Assembly (NCBI RefSeq): GCF_009834535.1
Contig: NC_045696.1
Coordinates: 5,768,001-5,832,000 of the forward strand
DNA: 64,000 nucleotides
Origin: Camelus ferus
Taxonomy: Eukaryota
Direction: 5' to 3'
Shown: one piece after another, positions 49,699 to 61,635 of the stretch
Position numbering within the stretch: the stretch's first letter is position 1
Layout of the letters: each line of letters starts with the position of its first letter
Program-made: the position numbers and the translations under genes
Notes under the pieces: generated by a model
The model's database searches: none
Told to the model about the DNA's origin: nothing
The model's input: the letters and a program-made list of their open reading frames with translations, nothing else

Positions 49699-52669
49699 TG
49701 ACTATGAAAATGTAGAAGTGGAATTGAGAATCAGGGGCCACAATAAACCAGCAGTTGCATTCTGCTCCTAGCTCTAACATTAATCCCTTGTTGGCACCTT
49801 TTGAGGAATTTTCTAAAAGCCATAACCCAGTGGGTCCAAGTGGGAGGACAGTGTCCTCTTAGTCAGCCCTGTACAGACACACCCTACAGACAACTGTGAG
49901 GTGGAACTAGATCACGGAGCCTGTAGTTGCAGAGGCACAAAGAAAAGAGAAATGGCCTGTCCTGAGCTTATTCCTTTTCAGAAAGGAAGGGCTGTGAAGA
50001 AATCTCTTGATTCCTTAGAGGAAGAAAATAATGGGAAGTGTACAGGGTCTGTAGCGAAAACTTCAAGGACTGAAAACATTTCAAAACATCAACCTGATGC
50101 TAATTTTCAGGGTTCTGCATTAAAGTATAAAAATTCAGGTCACCATGACTATGGGTGTCCTTACTGAAATAAGAGGGGGGAAAAATTAGGCACATTTCAA
50201 GAGGAAGTGCCATTGAGTATATCTTTTGAGTGAAGCAAATACTTTAACAAGATCCAGTCCCTATAATTCGCAACCCCAAAAGTCAAAAACCACTTCAACT
50301 AGAAGGACCGGGGATTCAAAGACGGGGATATTGATAAATGAGTTCTGAGATAGAGTGCTGGAAATAGAAAAAATCCATTAATGTCTTATTTTGTTTATAA
50401 TATTGGAATTCATACTGAATGATGACCACTTGATATGACTAATTCAGGGAATATATATTTTTCTATGAAAGCTATGAATGTGACTATCAACTTCTTTTTC
50501 TCATTTTTACTTTCACGTAGCAGCATTTACAAAGATGCCAAAATGTGCCTCAGTATGAGGCAGGTCTTAGTTTTAATCAGTTAGAAAATAAAAAGTATAG
50601 AGTAAGATCAAAACAGTCATATTTTTAGATGATAGTCAAATCTTATGTTTCTCTTCAGCACCTTAAAAAGTTAGAACTTTGTGAATACTTTGAGAAAATT
50701 TATTACAATCTCATCACAACAAACTTTAATGGCAGCATGTCTGGGCTTTTTCATTGTGGCCTTCACTAGGATTAGAAAATCTGGTCTTGATACTATAAAG
50801 AATTTCTTTGCAATGAGATTTAATTTGTTGTTAATGGGTATTTGTTGAAATGAAAATTCACCAGATTAAATGAACGCACTGTCAAATCTTTTTAACATAG
50901 TAACTATTGGAAAAATGAATTGTTATAAGCTAGTTTTTTTCCCATTAAAAAATATCTGTGAATATTAATATATGATTTGCATGTGTATATCTGAAAAAGT
51001 AAAACAGAAACCTAAGTGTTTCTTTTCCTTTTTCGTCAAAAGACTAATGTAATGCATATTTTTTGGTTATACAGCTCAACCAAGTGTCTTGATTACTTGA
51101 GAAATTTGTTTGTGGTTGCATGTCTGCTTAAAAACAGGCTTTTTGTTTTCTTTTTCTTTGCATAAGCCAGAATATTTCTATCCTATGGAGTCTGTTCTTT
51201 GCTCTGTTTATAGTCTGTTTTTGTCTGAAATACTGATACTAGTATCTTGTTACTAGTACAGATGAGAAAGGGAAGAATTCCTAATAAACTGCTAATATTT
51301 TTAGGTGCATGGGGTTTGATTTCTGATCTTTAACAAAGTGTTTAAACCTATTTCCGGTCCCATCTTTACACTTAATTTCATAGAAACTTCTTATTGGGTA
51401 TGTTATGTCCTCAACAAATGCCATAAAATGAAAATGTTAAAATCTCAAGAGTATTTTATGCAAAATTTTTGACAGTTTCAGTGTCATGAAGATTTCATTT
51501 TGATTTCATTTGGGGTTAATTTCTGTCAGTACTTGAGATAGTATCATCAGCCTTCTTTCATAGTGGAATCCTTTTTCTGATTTAGTATTTAATTTGAACA
51601 TATACTTGCCTATTTTTAAGTGCTTGGCCTAATTTTATTTTAACAACATGAAATAAGCATTTGTTTAAGACTTAACATTCTTGTAAAACTGTCTGAAATG
51701 TATGCAGAATTTTAATCATGGCCAAATGTACTATTATTACCCTATTTATAATTTTAATTGGCTTTACAGAAATGATTTCTTCATAATGTAACTGAAATCA
51801 AATTGAGGATCTTCCTGGTAAAAATGAAGTTATTTTATTCAACAAAAGGACTAAGACAAAGTGATACCCAAACTTTTATTCTGCAATTGTCATTCTATAA
51901 ATCCAGGAGTCTTAACGCAGTTTTAAAATATTGCACTGGTAATCTCGTTTATTCCTAGCTCACTAACTATACCCAAAGTTTCCTAAGCTCTTACTGTTAT
52001 AATCTTATTTGGTCAATTGGTCGTATTGTTTATCCTTAAATGTTCAAATTTTGCTTCAAAACCCAATATATTATTTTGCAGTAATGCGCAAAGTTGCTAA
52101 ATACTAATTTTATGTAAATGCATTTGTTGATCATTGTGTACCCACACCTTAAAACAAGATGTTTCCAGCAACAGATTTCTGAGATTGTTTTTCATCTCGA
52201 GGCTTCCTAATCCTAAATCAGTACTTAACTTTGTGACTATTGATAGGGTTCCAGAATGTAAGCAATGCCCTCTAGTTTCAGCACAACTAAATCTAGGTAA
52301 ATGCTATTTTTTTCGTTGCAATATTCGATATTTTCATTTAAACTATGTTACAGTGTCCCCTTTCCTCTCCTGCTTGGATTAGTGCTCCGTTAACTTTGTG
52401 TTTCAGCAAATTTGAAAGATGAGAACCAATTCAAAAACCATTACATACTTTGCTTATTACTGAGAGGCTATTTAAAGAGAAAGCAAATTTTGTACTAGAA
52501 ATGGCCAGGTTTTAAAAAAGCAGCAACTATTTTTGCATTCTCATGAAATCTTTTAGATCAGCTTGACAATCATCAAATTTTGAAATATGATTTCCTATTG
52601 CCAGAGTAAAGGCTCATTTTTACAGCATCACGAAGCAATGTATTTCTTCCTGCCCTACCACCCGCACTC

Positions 52670-53560
52670 TGTCCACTGTCCCGAGGACGCGCCGGGCCCG
52701 GGAGCCGGCACCTACCTGGGGGCGGTCGCAGTTTGGAGCCGGGTGCTTAATAAACCAAAGCTCACCCTGTCACTCCTAACAGAACAAAACGGAGACGGAG
52801 TTAAGGAAGGAAAGGCAACCGGGCTGGCCTCTTCCTGCAGCGTCAGGCAGGGGCCGCGGCGGCTGAACACCTTCTCTCCGCAAGTCCGTTACCTGCCAGG
52901 ACAGGAGGCCCCGCCCCCTGCCCGCACCCCCCCAACCCCCACCCCCGGCCCGCCTCTAGTGTCTTGTTTCTCTAGCCTGGAGTCATCCGATTTCTCGGTG
53001 GCCCCGCTGCGGGGCAGAAAAAATATGCTGGGTTTGCCATGAGTGCATGCGCGGGGACGTAGGGGGGCGTGGCGTTGCTTGGGGGCGTGGCGTTGTTTAG
53101 GGGCGTGGCTGCGGGGTGAGCCCGGCGGCCTTCAGGGGCGCGTGCGCAAGGCGCATGCGCTTCCTGTGGCGCCGCAGTTAGCAGAAGGTGAGGGAGGTGA
53201 TGGCCACGTTCTTCGGGGAGGTGGTGCGGGCGCCTTGCCGAGCCGGGACCGAGGACGAGGAGGAGGACGAGGAGGGGAGGCGGGAGACGCCTGAAGACAG
53301 GGAGGTCCGGCGGCAGCTGGCGCGGAAGAGGTGAGGTCCCGGGCGCGGCGGCGCGGTTGGCGGCCGCGCTCTGCCCCGGCGGAACCGGCCCCGGGCGTGG
53401 AGGCGGCGGCGGGCTCGGCGGAGGGACGGCTTCTCCCTTCGTGCCGCGTGGGTGCCGCTCGCTCCCTGCGGGCGCGGTGCGTCTCCCGGTGCGCGGGTTC
53501 GCCTGTCTGGCTCTTGGACGTCAGACGACTCTTGAAACTTCGTTCCCCGCCCCGCACTTC
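52670..53560. promoter_or_regulatory. CpG island / PSMG1 promoter with three GGGGCGTGG GC boxes, NRF1 palindrome GCGCATGCGC (53151-53160) and adjacent ETS core CTTCCTG
   Basis: Abrupt GC- and CpG-rich segment surrounding exon 1; motifs read directly; no TATA box seen. Confidence 0.9.
53200..53330 (+). CDS. PSMG1: PSMG1 (proteasome assembly chaperone 1, PAC1/DSCR2) exon 1 coding part (MATFFGEVVRAPCRAGTEDEEE...QLARK)
   Basis: ATG in good Kozak context (gtgATGG), ag|gtgagg donor; peptide matches the PSMG1 N-terminus. Confidence 0.95.
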
Positions 53561-53599
53561 AGTTAACGTTCTCTGTCAGTAGCAGATGGATAGATAGGT

Positions 53600-54340
53600 T
53601 TTTTTTTTTAAGTACTATTTCCAAACACAGAAATTGGAGAAAATAGTAAAATAACAGTTTCGCCCCTTCCAGTCACGTAAATTCAACAGTTATGAGGCTT
53701 TTGCCACATTTTATCTCCCACCACCCCTGAGGTGAGAGCCCCAGTCGCCGTGGCCTTTCACGCCTGCAGTTTTCAGACTGCGTCTCAGACGATCTAGGAA
53801 TTTTCTTACGAATGCTGTCACCACCCCGACACAATAATACTTTGGGGATACTATTTAGTAGCCAGTCCATGATCAGGTTTATCCAGTTGTCTCAGACATG
53901 GCATTTTGCAGTGGGTTTCTGTAAATCAGAATCCTGCCAAGGCCCACATTTTGTCTCTAGCTTACTTGCACTTAGGGCAGCCCCCCTCCTTTTTCACCTC
54001 TGCCGAGAGACTGATTGTCCTGTAGGGTGTCCCACGCCGGCTCTAGATTCGTCTGCTCGCCTCCTCTTGGCGTCATTTGTGCAGACGTGTGTCCATCACC
54101 TGCGTTTCCTGTAAAGGGAAGTTCCTTCTAGAGCCTTGGTCAGGGTGCTGCTGGCAGCAGTGCCTCGGAGATGGTGCTTGCTGTTCGTTAATGCACGCTA
54201 TGCCCGGTCGTCCTACTTTTAGGGCTGCTGAGATGCATTGATCAGCGTGTCAGCTGGACAGCCTGGTCCCTCCGGTCCAGTTCCTCATGAACTTTGCATC
54301 GAATGCTTTTACCTGTTAGTCGACGTTGACTGAATCCATT
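53600..54340 (-). mobile_element. Old L1M 3' end fragment in PSMG1 intron 1
   Basis: ttccaaacacagaaattggagaaaatagt...attcaacagttat...ttttgccacattt. Confidence 0.55.
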
Positions 54341-54489
54341 AGCTCCTTAGGATTATAATTATGTTCTTTATAAAATTAAAGTTTGCATTTTACTTACTAC
54401 AAAATCACACATACAGTATCCTCTTTGTCATAATAAGTTACTAAGTATGTTTAAATTGCTTTAGATATGTCTTTTGTTTCTCGTGTTAG

Positions 54490-54596
54490 GGAGGTGCGGC
54501 TCCTTCGAAGACAAACAAAAACATCTTTGGAAGTTTCTCTGCTGGAAAAATATCCTTGCTCCAAGTTTATAATTGCTATAGGAAATAATGCAGTAG
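54490..54596 (+). CDS. PSMG1: PSMG1 exon 2 (EVRLLRRQTKTSLEVSLLEKYPCSKFIIAIGNNAV)
   Basis: ttag acceptor, g|gtaagt donor; 107 nt. Confidence 0.97.
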
Positions 54597-55561
54597 GTAA
54601 GTGGAAATGGTTTTGATTACACATTTTGTTGAAAGCGCAAAATCTGAAGTTACTTATGTACTCCATCATAAAAGATTTCAAATGTCTGTTACCTTTGCAG
54701 AAAAAGTCATAGCTGAGTAACTGTATCTGACTGAAATCTGTCCCTGCTCATGTGGCCCTGTTTTTGTTTTTGGTTTTTTTTTTGGTTAACTTAAAAAATA
54801 AGATTTAAAGGGAATGTTCTTGGCTTCAGGAACTTACAAACTCAAGAACGCACTGTTTCCAGTGTCCAGGTTTCCTTACGCTTCTCTGCCTGTTTTGCCT
54901 GGGAGGGACAGGAGGCATGTGCACACGGCTCCCTGGTAGCAGCGGCTCTTGAATGTTTTTGAACTAACAGGTTCCTTTGAGAACATAATGAGAACTCTAA
55001 AAATAACAATTATTATCGCTACATTTTTCAGTACTTAATCTCTGAGATCTTTAGATGCATGAATGCATTTAATAGGTTAAAGTCAAAAGGGTGAAGAGTT
55101 CAGCTAGAACAGCACACACACGCAGGTACAAGGACACAAACCTGTGTAATTTTCGGGGGTTCGCGGGCTCAGAGGAGAGCCTTGGAGAACTCCGGTTGAG
55201 GTTTATTGCCCTGGAAGGCATCCCTAGTGCTGGTACGTGGTAAGTAACTGCTGACTCATTTACATAAAGTTCTCCTGGCCTGATGTTTTCCAGAAGAGTG
55301 TTACATGGTGAGATTATGGTCAAGTCTGTCCTTAAAACTGTCTTCTCAGTTCCTGGTTCCAATATTGTCTGTACTCAGGGCAAGGCCTTTACCTTCTTGA
55401 GACCTCAGTTTCCTTTTCTGCAGGATGGTGGTGTAAGGCTGATGGTCTTGAATGGCTCTTTTAACTCTTAAGATTCTAGAATAACTTGGATTTATTTTTT
55501 AGTGAATAGAAAGTGCCACTTGTGGAACCAAACACTAACTTATGTGAATTATTTTTCACAG

Positions 55562-55713
55562 CATTTGTGTCATCATTTATCATGAACTCAGGAGTCTGGG
55601 AAGAAGTTGGTTGTGCTAAACTCTGGAACGAATGGTGTAGGACAACGGATACTATACATCTGTCCCCAACAGAAGCTTTTTGTGTGTTTTATCATCTAAA
55701 ATCGAATCCCTCG
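55562..55713 (+). CDS. PSMG1: PSMG1 exon 3 (FVSSFIMNSGVWEEVGCAKLWNEWC...KSNPS)
   Basis: acag acceptor, tcg|gtatgt donor; 152 nt. Confidence 0.97.
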
Positions 55714-57460
55714 GTATGTGGGACCTAACTTGTATGTTCATGTAGTAGGTACCTAGGCATCCTTTATGTACTGTTCATGTGAAGTCCTTGTTCCTTAGTG
55801 TCTGCTTTTGGGCTGAGGAATTCTGCCTGTAGGCAGTGGTAGTAACCCCACTTTTTTGTTTGTATAAATATTAATGTGACTTGTACAGTGTGTTGGTAAA
55901 CTTCTGAGGAAATTGTGAGATAAATTTTTTAGAAACAAACCATAAACATTAGATATCTAAACCTTGCCCTTGTTCAAAAAATTATTTAAGCTGGCAACTT
56001 TAAGCGTGTTCACACTGTAGAAGCAGGGAGTCCTGCTTTGTGGCTGTTTACCCAGGATTTAACCAATGCCTGGGACATCCCAGAAACTCAGTTAATACTG
56101 AACAAAATGAGTGCCTTATGCATTCTATATACAGTTCTGTTGATGTCAACTTTTCATCCTAATCTGATTCATCTGGATTTTTTAAGTTATAAAAGATACT
56201 CTGTAGCTGGTGCTGAGTGGTTTCATTGGATCACATTTTCCTAATCTTAACCTTGGGTCCATTCAGGGAAAGCAGCATCTTGGGGCAGTTTGGGAGGCAG
56301 GTCAGGCAGGTGAGGTAACCAGGCGGGTGATGTATGTCTCCGCATCTGCTTGTCGGACAGAGCACCTGTCACAGCTGCTGAACGCTGGGTCAGGGGCCAG
56401 GGGCAGGGCTCGCACAAGGGAAGAAGTCAGTAGTCCCCTAATCTTATAATGTTGCTTATCTCAAACAGTAAGGACCGAATGTTAGCCTTGGGAACTGCAA
56501 AACTTGCTTTCATAAGACTTACAGTTTGTTCCTGTAACCTGTGATCTAAAGTTACTGAAGTTTACATAAAGATTTTTGTAAACATCCAGTATTGTAGGAA
56601 ATAAATAGTAAGGAAGCTAAGCATGTTCTTTATCTGATCCTTAATGGAAAGTGTTCACTCTCGAATAGACTGTGAAGGTCAAGTAGGAGAAATTTCTGTT
56701 ACTGCGTTTAGTTATGCCATTGATTGGTTAGGTGTCTCTTGCTTGTTCAGAACCCATGTGTGTAGCTGACTGTATATCCAGTCTTCTCCCCTCCCCTGTC
56801 CCTGGGCCCCTTTTTTCCCTCTTGTGCTTCCTTTGTGTTGTTAAGTGTTAGTGTTTCTGGCAATATTTTAATGGAAGACATGGTTGACTTCTCTGGATAA
56901 TAACATCCCATGAGCATTAATAATCAGGAATCTCATCCTTTGATGGCAATGTGGCATTGCAAGTTTTTTAACTTCGAGCATATGGCCTGGAACTTGGTTT
57001 CTAAAATACCATCTTCACAGACATCATTACTGTTTTAGGACACTGCTTGGGCTGAGGTGCTGTCAGGCTGCTTTCGTTTCTCTGACAGCACCTCATGTTT
57101 TTGTAATGCTTTCTGAGTTTGGTCTGCACAGTGTGTGACCCCAAGAAGGGCAGCAGGACTGGTACTGTCTGTTTTATAAAGAGGATTCTGGTACTATTCA
57201 CTGCTGGTATCTTCAGAGTCTCCAGTGCCGGCCCTCGTGGTTGCTCTCAGTGTGCACTTTATTCTGATGCTAATCACAAGTAGTGGCTTGATTCTTAAAT
57301 TTTAAATTTCAAAGGAAAATAAATACGCCAATAGCAAATAAAGCAAAACAAGTGTTATCCAAAGATTGTATTAGGATTCACATGATACGTATGTGATGAC
57401 AGTTTGGAGCGTGTGTAACATTTATTTGACCTGATGAAGAACTTGGGATATGATTTGCAG

Positions 57461-57523
57461 GTTTTGCTCTGTCAGTGCAGCTGCTACGTCGCTGAAGATC
57501 AGCAGTTTCAGTGGCTGGAAAAG
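57461..57523 (+). CDS. PSMG1: PSMG1 exon 4 (VLLCQCSCYVAEDQQFQWLEK)
   Basis: gcag acceptor, aag|gtaaga donor; 63 nt, phase 0-0. Confidence 0.96.
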
Positions 57524-57803
57524 GTAAGAGAGACGAAGCCTGGTGGCTGGTGAGACTGCAGGGGCTGCCACCTTACAAGGTTCAGTGTCTTTACACTTAA
57601 ACCTATGTAGCCAGATACTGAAGCGGAGGAAATATTTGCTTTTTCCCTTAAAAATATTGTGGGAATTTGTCACAGGATACAAAGAATAAAAGGACTCATT
57701 TGGCAGATGTAATCAGAATGTGCTGAAGGTTGTGGGTCATAGAAACATAAAACAGTTGGATTTTTCCCTTATTATTTTGTTTGAAATTATCCACATGAAA
57801 CAG

Positions 57804-57806
<3 letters not shown>

Positions 57807-57862
<56 letters not shown>
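57807..57862. repeat. (TA)n microsatellite at the tail of a very short L1 3' fragment (~57863-57930)
   Basis: Read directly; adjacent gtagtcagtttacaatgttgtgtca matches the L1 3' ends at 30895 and 62530. Confidence 0.85.
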
Positions 57863-59528
57863 TTTTATGGAAGTGTAGTCAGTTTACAATGTTGTGTCAG
57901 TTTGTAGTGTACAGCATAATGCTTCAGCCATAGAAGCAGGTGTTTTGTAGATAGATACTACAATTAAGTCCCTAAGCAATAGGAATTTGGTGTACACCTA
58001 TTTGAAACTAGACTGGTATTCTTAGAAACATTTAGTAAAAGTTATTAAATGCATTATATTAAATGAGGAATTGTTTAATAAGACCTGTGAACCTTCTGAT
58101 GGTAGTTTGTGTGATTTTATGTGTGTATTTTTCTAGAAAGTCTGTAGCTTTCAGCAGATCTCAGAAGGGTAGGCAGCTATTGTTTTAATTTGTACTGTGA
58201 ATGTAGAATGTTTTATTATTTTTGTAGTATGGAACAGCTTTTCTCCTCCTGACTTGAAAAAATTTAAAATTATCCATTTCCAAAACAAAAATTTTTAGGT
58301 TTTTTCCCTGGAGATAATACTCTTTGGGGCCCTCTGCTGTTTGGTTCATGTCAGCCACATAATCCTGATAATCGCACACAGTTGAACAGAATTGTCAAAT
58401 GTTTTGGCTTCAGACTATAAGTGTTTTAGGGAGGATGGTAAATCAGGCCTTGTGAGTGATGTTGTATCTCTTAGGATGCACCTGCTGGTAAATGTGTACG
58501 GTGTTAACTTTTGTGTTTATTTGCAGAGCTGCACAATAATGAAAGTAGCCTTATAAATCATTTATGATACATAATATAAAATTTTCTGTTCCCTGCCATT
58601 TTCTTCTCTTCATAAAATATTTTCAAACGAGGCGCAGTGACCTAAAATCTATTCCTTTTTTCCTTAAAAGATGGCTGCTTGTTTTCACGTCACCGTAGAT
58701 TTTAAAAGCTGGAAGCGTCCTCAGATATCCATGACATACCAGCTTAGGAGGACATTGAGGCCTCGAGTGCTTGAAACTTGCCTACAATTGAAATAAACTT
58801 AAAATGTATTTAAGAATCATTTACACTGATACAACACTGTTATGAATGCAGCTTGCAAGAGATGGTCTTAGCAACATCTTTAGTACAGTGTTCTCGGGCC
58901 CATCAATACATGCATTAGAGAAAGGGGGACACTTTCTGTTGCTGATACACTAGTCTAAATTAGGGTTCTTAGAGGTATCTGTGTCAAAAGAGATCTTAAT
59001 CACGTCACTACATCCAATAAAGAGTGGGTGTCACTTCCATTCACTGCAACACTGTTCTCAATACTGTTTGCAAGTAGCGCTCTCAGAAAGGAAACAAACC
59101 AGAACAAAACGGAAAGAATCATTTGCAGCTGTCATTGGCGGGAGGCGAGGGCGCGCACTAACAGGTGCTCATGGCTGAGTGACCGGCTTGCCTGTGGGTG
59201 GCATCCCTGGCTGCTGTCACAGCTGCTCTGCCGTCTTCGCTCCTGACTTCCTTAACTGCAGGTCACACTCCCTCAGGCAGCTGGTCTGTCCTTAGTTCAC
59301 AGATGAGGACAGTGACTGGGAGAAGGTCACCCAACCGGAAGGTGACAGAATTAAGATCAAACCCAAGTGAGGGGGTGGCAAAGTGTGGGTTCTGTTTCTC
59401 TGTGGGCACTTCCACCCCTGTGAGGCATGTGTATCCTGTGAGTGGTGTTAAGTAAACAATTGGAGGGATGTTTCTATTCCAGGACAAAATTACATGTGTA
59501 TTTTAACTTGCAATCAATTTTGTATTAG

Positions 59529-59727
59529 GTTTTTGGCTCATGTTCAAGGAAGAATATGCAAGTAACTGTTCTCACGTGTCGACACGTTACTGACTATAAA
59601 ACTGCAGAATCAACTAGCAGCCTTCACACTCCTTTCCTGAAAGCCCTAAAAACACAGAATTTCCGAGAGCCGCTGTGCTGTTCACTGCTAGAACAACCGA
59701 ATATTGTGCATGACCTTCCTGCTGCAG
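59529..59727 (+). CDS. PSMG1: PSMG1 exon 5 (VFGSCSRKNMQVTVLTCRHV...PNIVHDLPAA)
   Basis: ttag acceptor, cag|gtggtg donor; 199 nt. Confidence 0.96.
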
Positions 59728-60114
59728 GTGGTGTCACAGTTCGCAATGTGTACATGACGTCTTGTTCTTGCTTTGTTTTTAGTTCTTTCTTTGACTGGTG
59801 GAGATCTTTCTGAGCTAGTTTGTTAATGATGGTTGATACCAATGTATTGCTGGTAATCCTCAGCATCTATAGTTGCTGGACTTTTTATCTGGTTTGAGTC
59901 TTAAAACTTTCCAAACAGTTATCATGTGAGAGCAGCTAAGAGTTATTAACTCTTCAGAGCTTCAGAGTTGCTGTTTCTTTTTGGCCTCTGATAACTCATC
60001 ATGCAAGACAGTGTTAGACATAAATTACTGTATATGAAAAGTTGGTAAAGAGTGTTTTAATTGTCAAAATAGAAGTTTCAGATACTGAATTTTGGTAGTT
60101 GCTTTTTAAAAAAG

Positions 60115-60212
60115 TAATTTATTTTATTTTTTGATGGTGGGACTGGGGATTGAACCCAGGACCTTGTAGATGCTAAGCGTGCGCTCCACCACTGAGCTGT
60201 GCCCACCCCCTC
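60115..60212 (-). mobile_element. tRNA-derived SINE (Vic-1-like)
   Basis: ctggggattgaacccaggaccttgtagatgctaagcgtgcgctccaccactgagct; same family as the 13821 copy. Confidence 0.85.
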
Positions 60213-60777
60213 ACCCCCCCGGAATTGTGGTGGCTGCTTTAATAGTTTATTTTTAATTCCTGTTACCAGTTATACCCTGACATCATATCAAATTATGATT
60301 GTCACTTTTCAGTGGTTAATGTGTTATCATACAGAATTCATTGTTTTGTTTTTTTAAGAATTTAAAAATGTTTTTTAGAATTCATTGTTATTAACAAGTA
60401 ATAGGGTTTTTTAATTTTAGATGTTAAGTTTACCAGAATAAGTGGCTAAATATTTTACATTATACATTATATCTTTATTATTTACTTTACTTTAGTCCAC
60501 AAAATTTTAATCCTGTAGCTAACATAAATGTGTCTCTGCAGTATGTTCAGGAAATGCAAAATAAACATAATACTTGCAGAAGCAAGAGATTACTTAGGAA
60601 AATAAATTGGCTTTGAAAGAAAATATGCATTATAATTGGTTCAAAATGGCAATAAATGCTTTAAGAGAGACAACAGAGACAATTATTTTTAAAAGCAACC
60701 TTTATGATTTAGAGGTGTTTAATTTTAAAATCATACAACAGAAAATGTAAGTGATTTTTTCTCTTGTATATTCATAG

Positions 60778-60914
60778 TTCTGAGTTATTGTCAAGTATGG
60801 AAGATCCCTGCAGTGCTGTACCTGTGTTACACTGATGTGATGAAGTTAGACTTGATTACAGTGGAAGCCTTTAAGCCTGTACTTTCATCCAGAAGCCTGA
60901 AAGGTTTGGTTAAG
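60778..60914 (+). CDS. PSMG1: PSMG1 exon 6 (LSYCQVWKIPAVLYLCYTDV...SLKGLVK); final exon not found in window
   Basis: atag acceptor, aag|gtaagg donor; 137 nt. Confidence 0.96.
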
Positions 60915-61414
60915 GTAAGGATTTATCTCATTGACTTAATAGCTGAGTTATTATAATGAACTCAATAACAAACATGAACGTGTGGTGTGCGTGTAAAACC
61001 TAAGCAGCATGTGGAGCACCTTTTTTCTCTAAATAAAGGTCTGGCAGTTTGATTGTCACCCCTTCTTCCAGACACACTTCTGTAACTTGGAGAATGTTTT
61101 GTTCATGTCTTGTCACGATAGAGCAGTGCTGTAAATCCCAGATGTCTGTGTTGAAATGTGGTTTCACTGTTCGAGAAGTTTCTGTAACTGATTGATTTGG
61201 AAGGTATAATTTTTGAGAAGGCATTTTTGAGCACAGTGTGGGTCAGATTACCTTCGTGTTTATTCACTTAATTTTGCATGGCACTAGATGTGTGAAGACG
61301 AGATAAGCCTGTCCCCTGCTCTCAGTTTGTATGTATCTGTGGGCTCCTTCCCCAGAAAAATCACTGCAGATGTTTTTGTCACATAACTAATTGGCCATGA
61401 GGCAATTTTGCTGT

Positions 61415-61635
61415 GAATAATAAAAAATAAAAGAGGGACGTTAAAAAGGACATAAGAATGAGAAATAAATAACAAAATTAAAAACATTTTCACTGCATAA
61501 CTAAATGTCTAAAAGACAGTTTTGCCTTAAAAGATAAAATAATGGAAAATAAGAGGGACGTTAAAAAGGAGATAGTGAAACAAAAGGAATGAATAACAAA
61601 ATTAGAAAGATTTTATTGCAAAATACTAAATATTT
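61415..61635. repeat. Imperfect two-copy tandem duplication, 120-bp period
   Basis: aagagggacgttaaaaagga at 61431 and 61551; aataacaaaatta and actaaat blocks also repeated. Confidence 0.85.

Noticed and set aside
49901..50167. 88-aa ORF downstream of the BRWD1 stop as a separate gene
   Set aside because: GTG start with no promoter; explained as a remnant of the duplicated terminal exon frame
39482..52500. Specific poly(A) site calls for either BRWD1 isoform
   Set aside because: Many AATAAA/ATTAAA hexamers in AT-rich sequence; none can be singled out without 3'-end data
52587..53582. Several 69-151 aa ORFs on both strands over the CpG island
   Set aside because: Stop-poor GC-rich sequence; low-complexity Arg/Pro/Gly peptides; the real frame is the PSMG1 ATG at 53200
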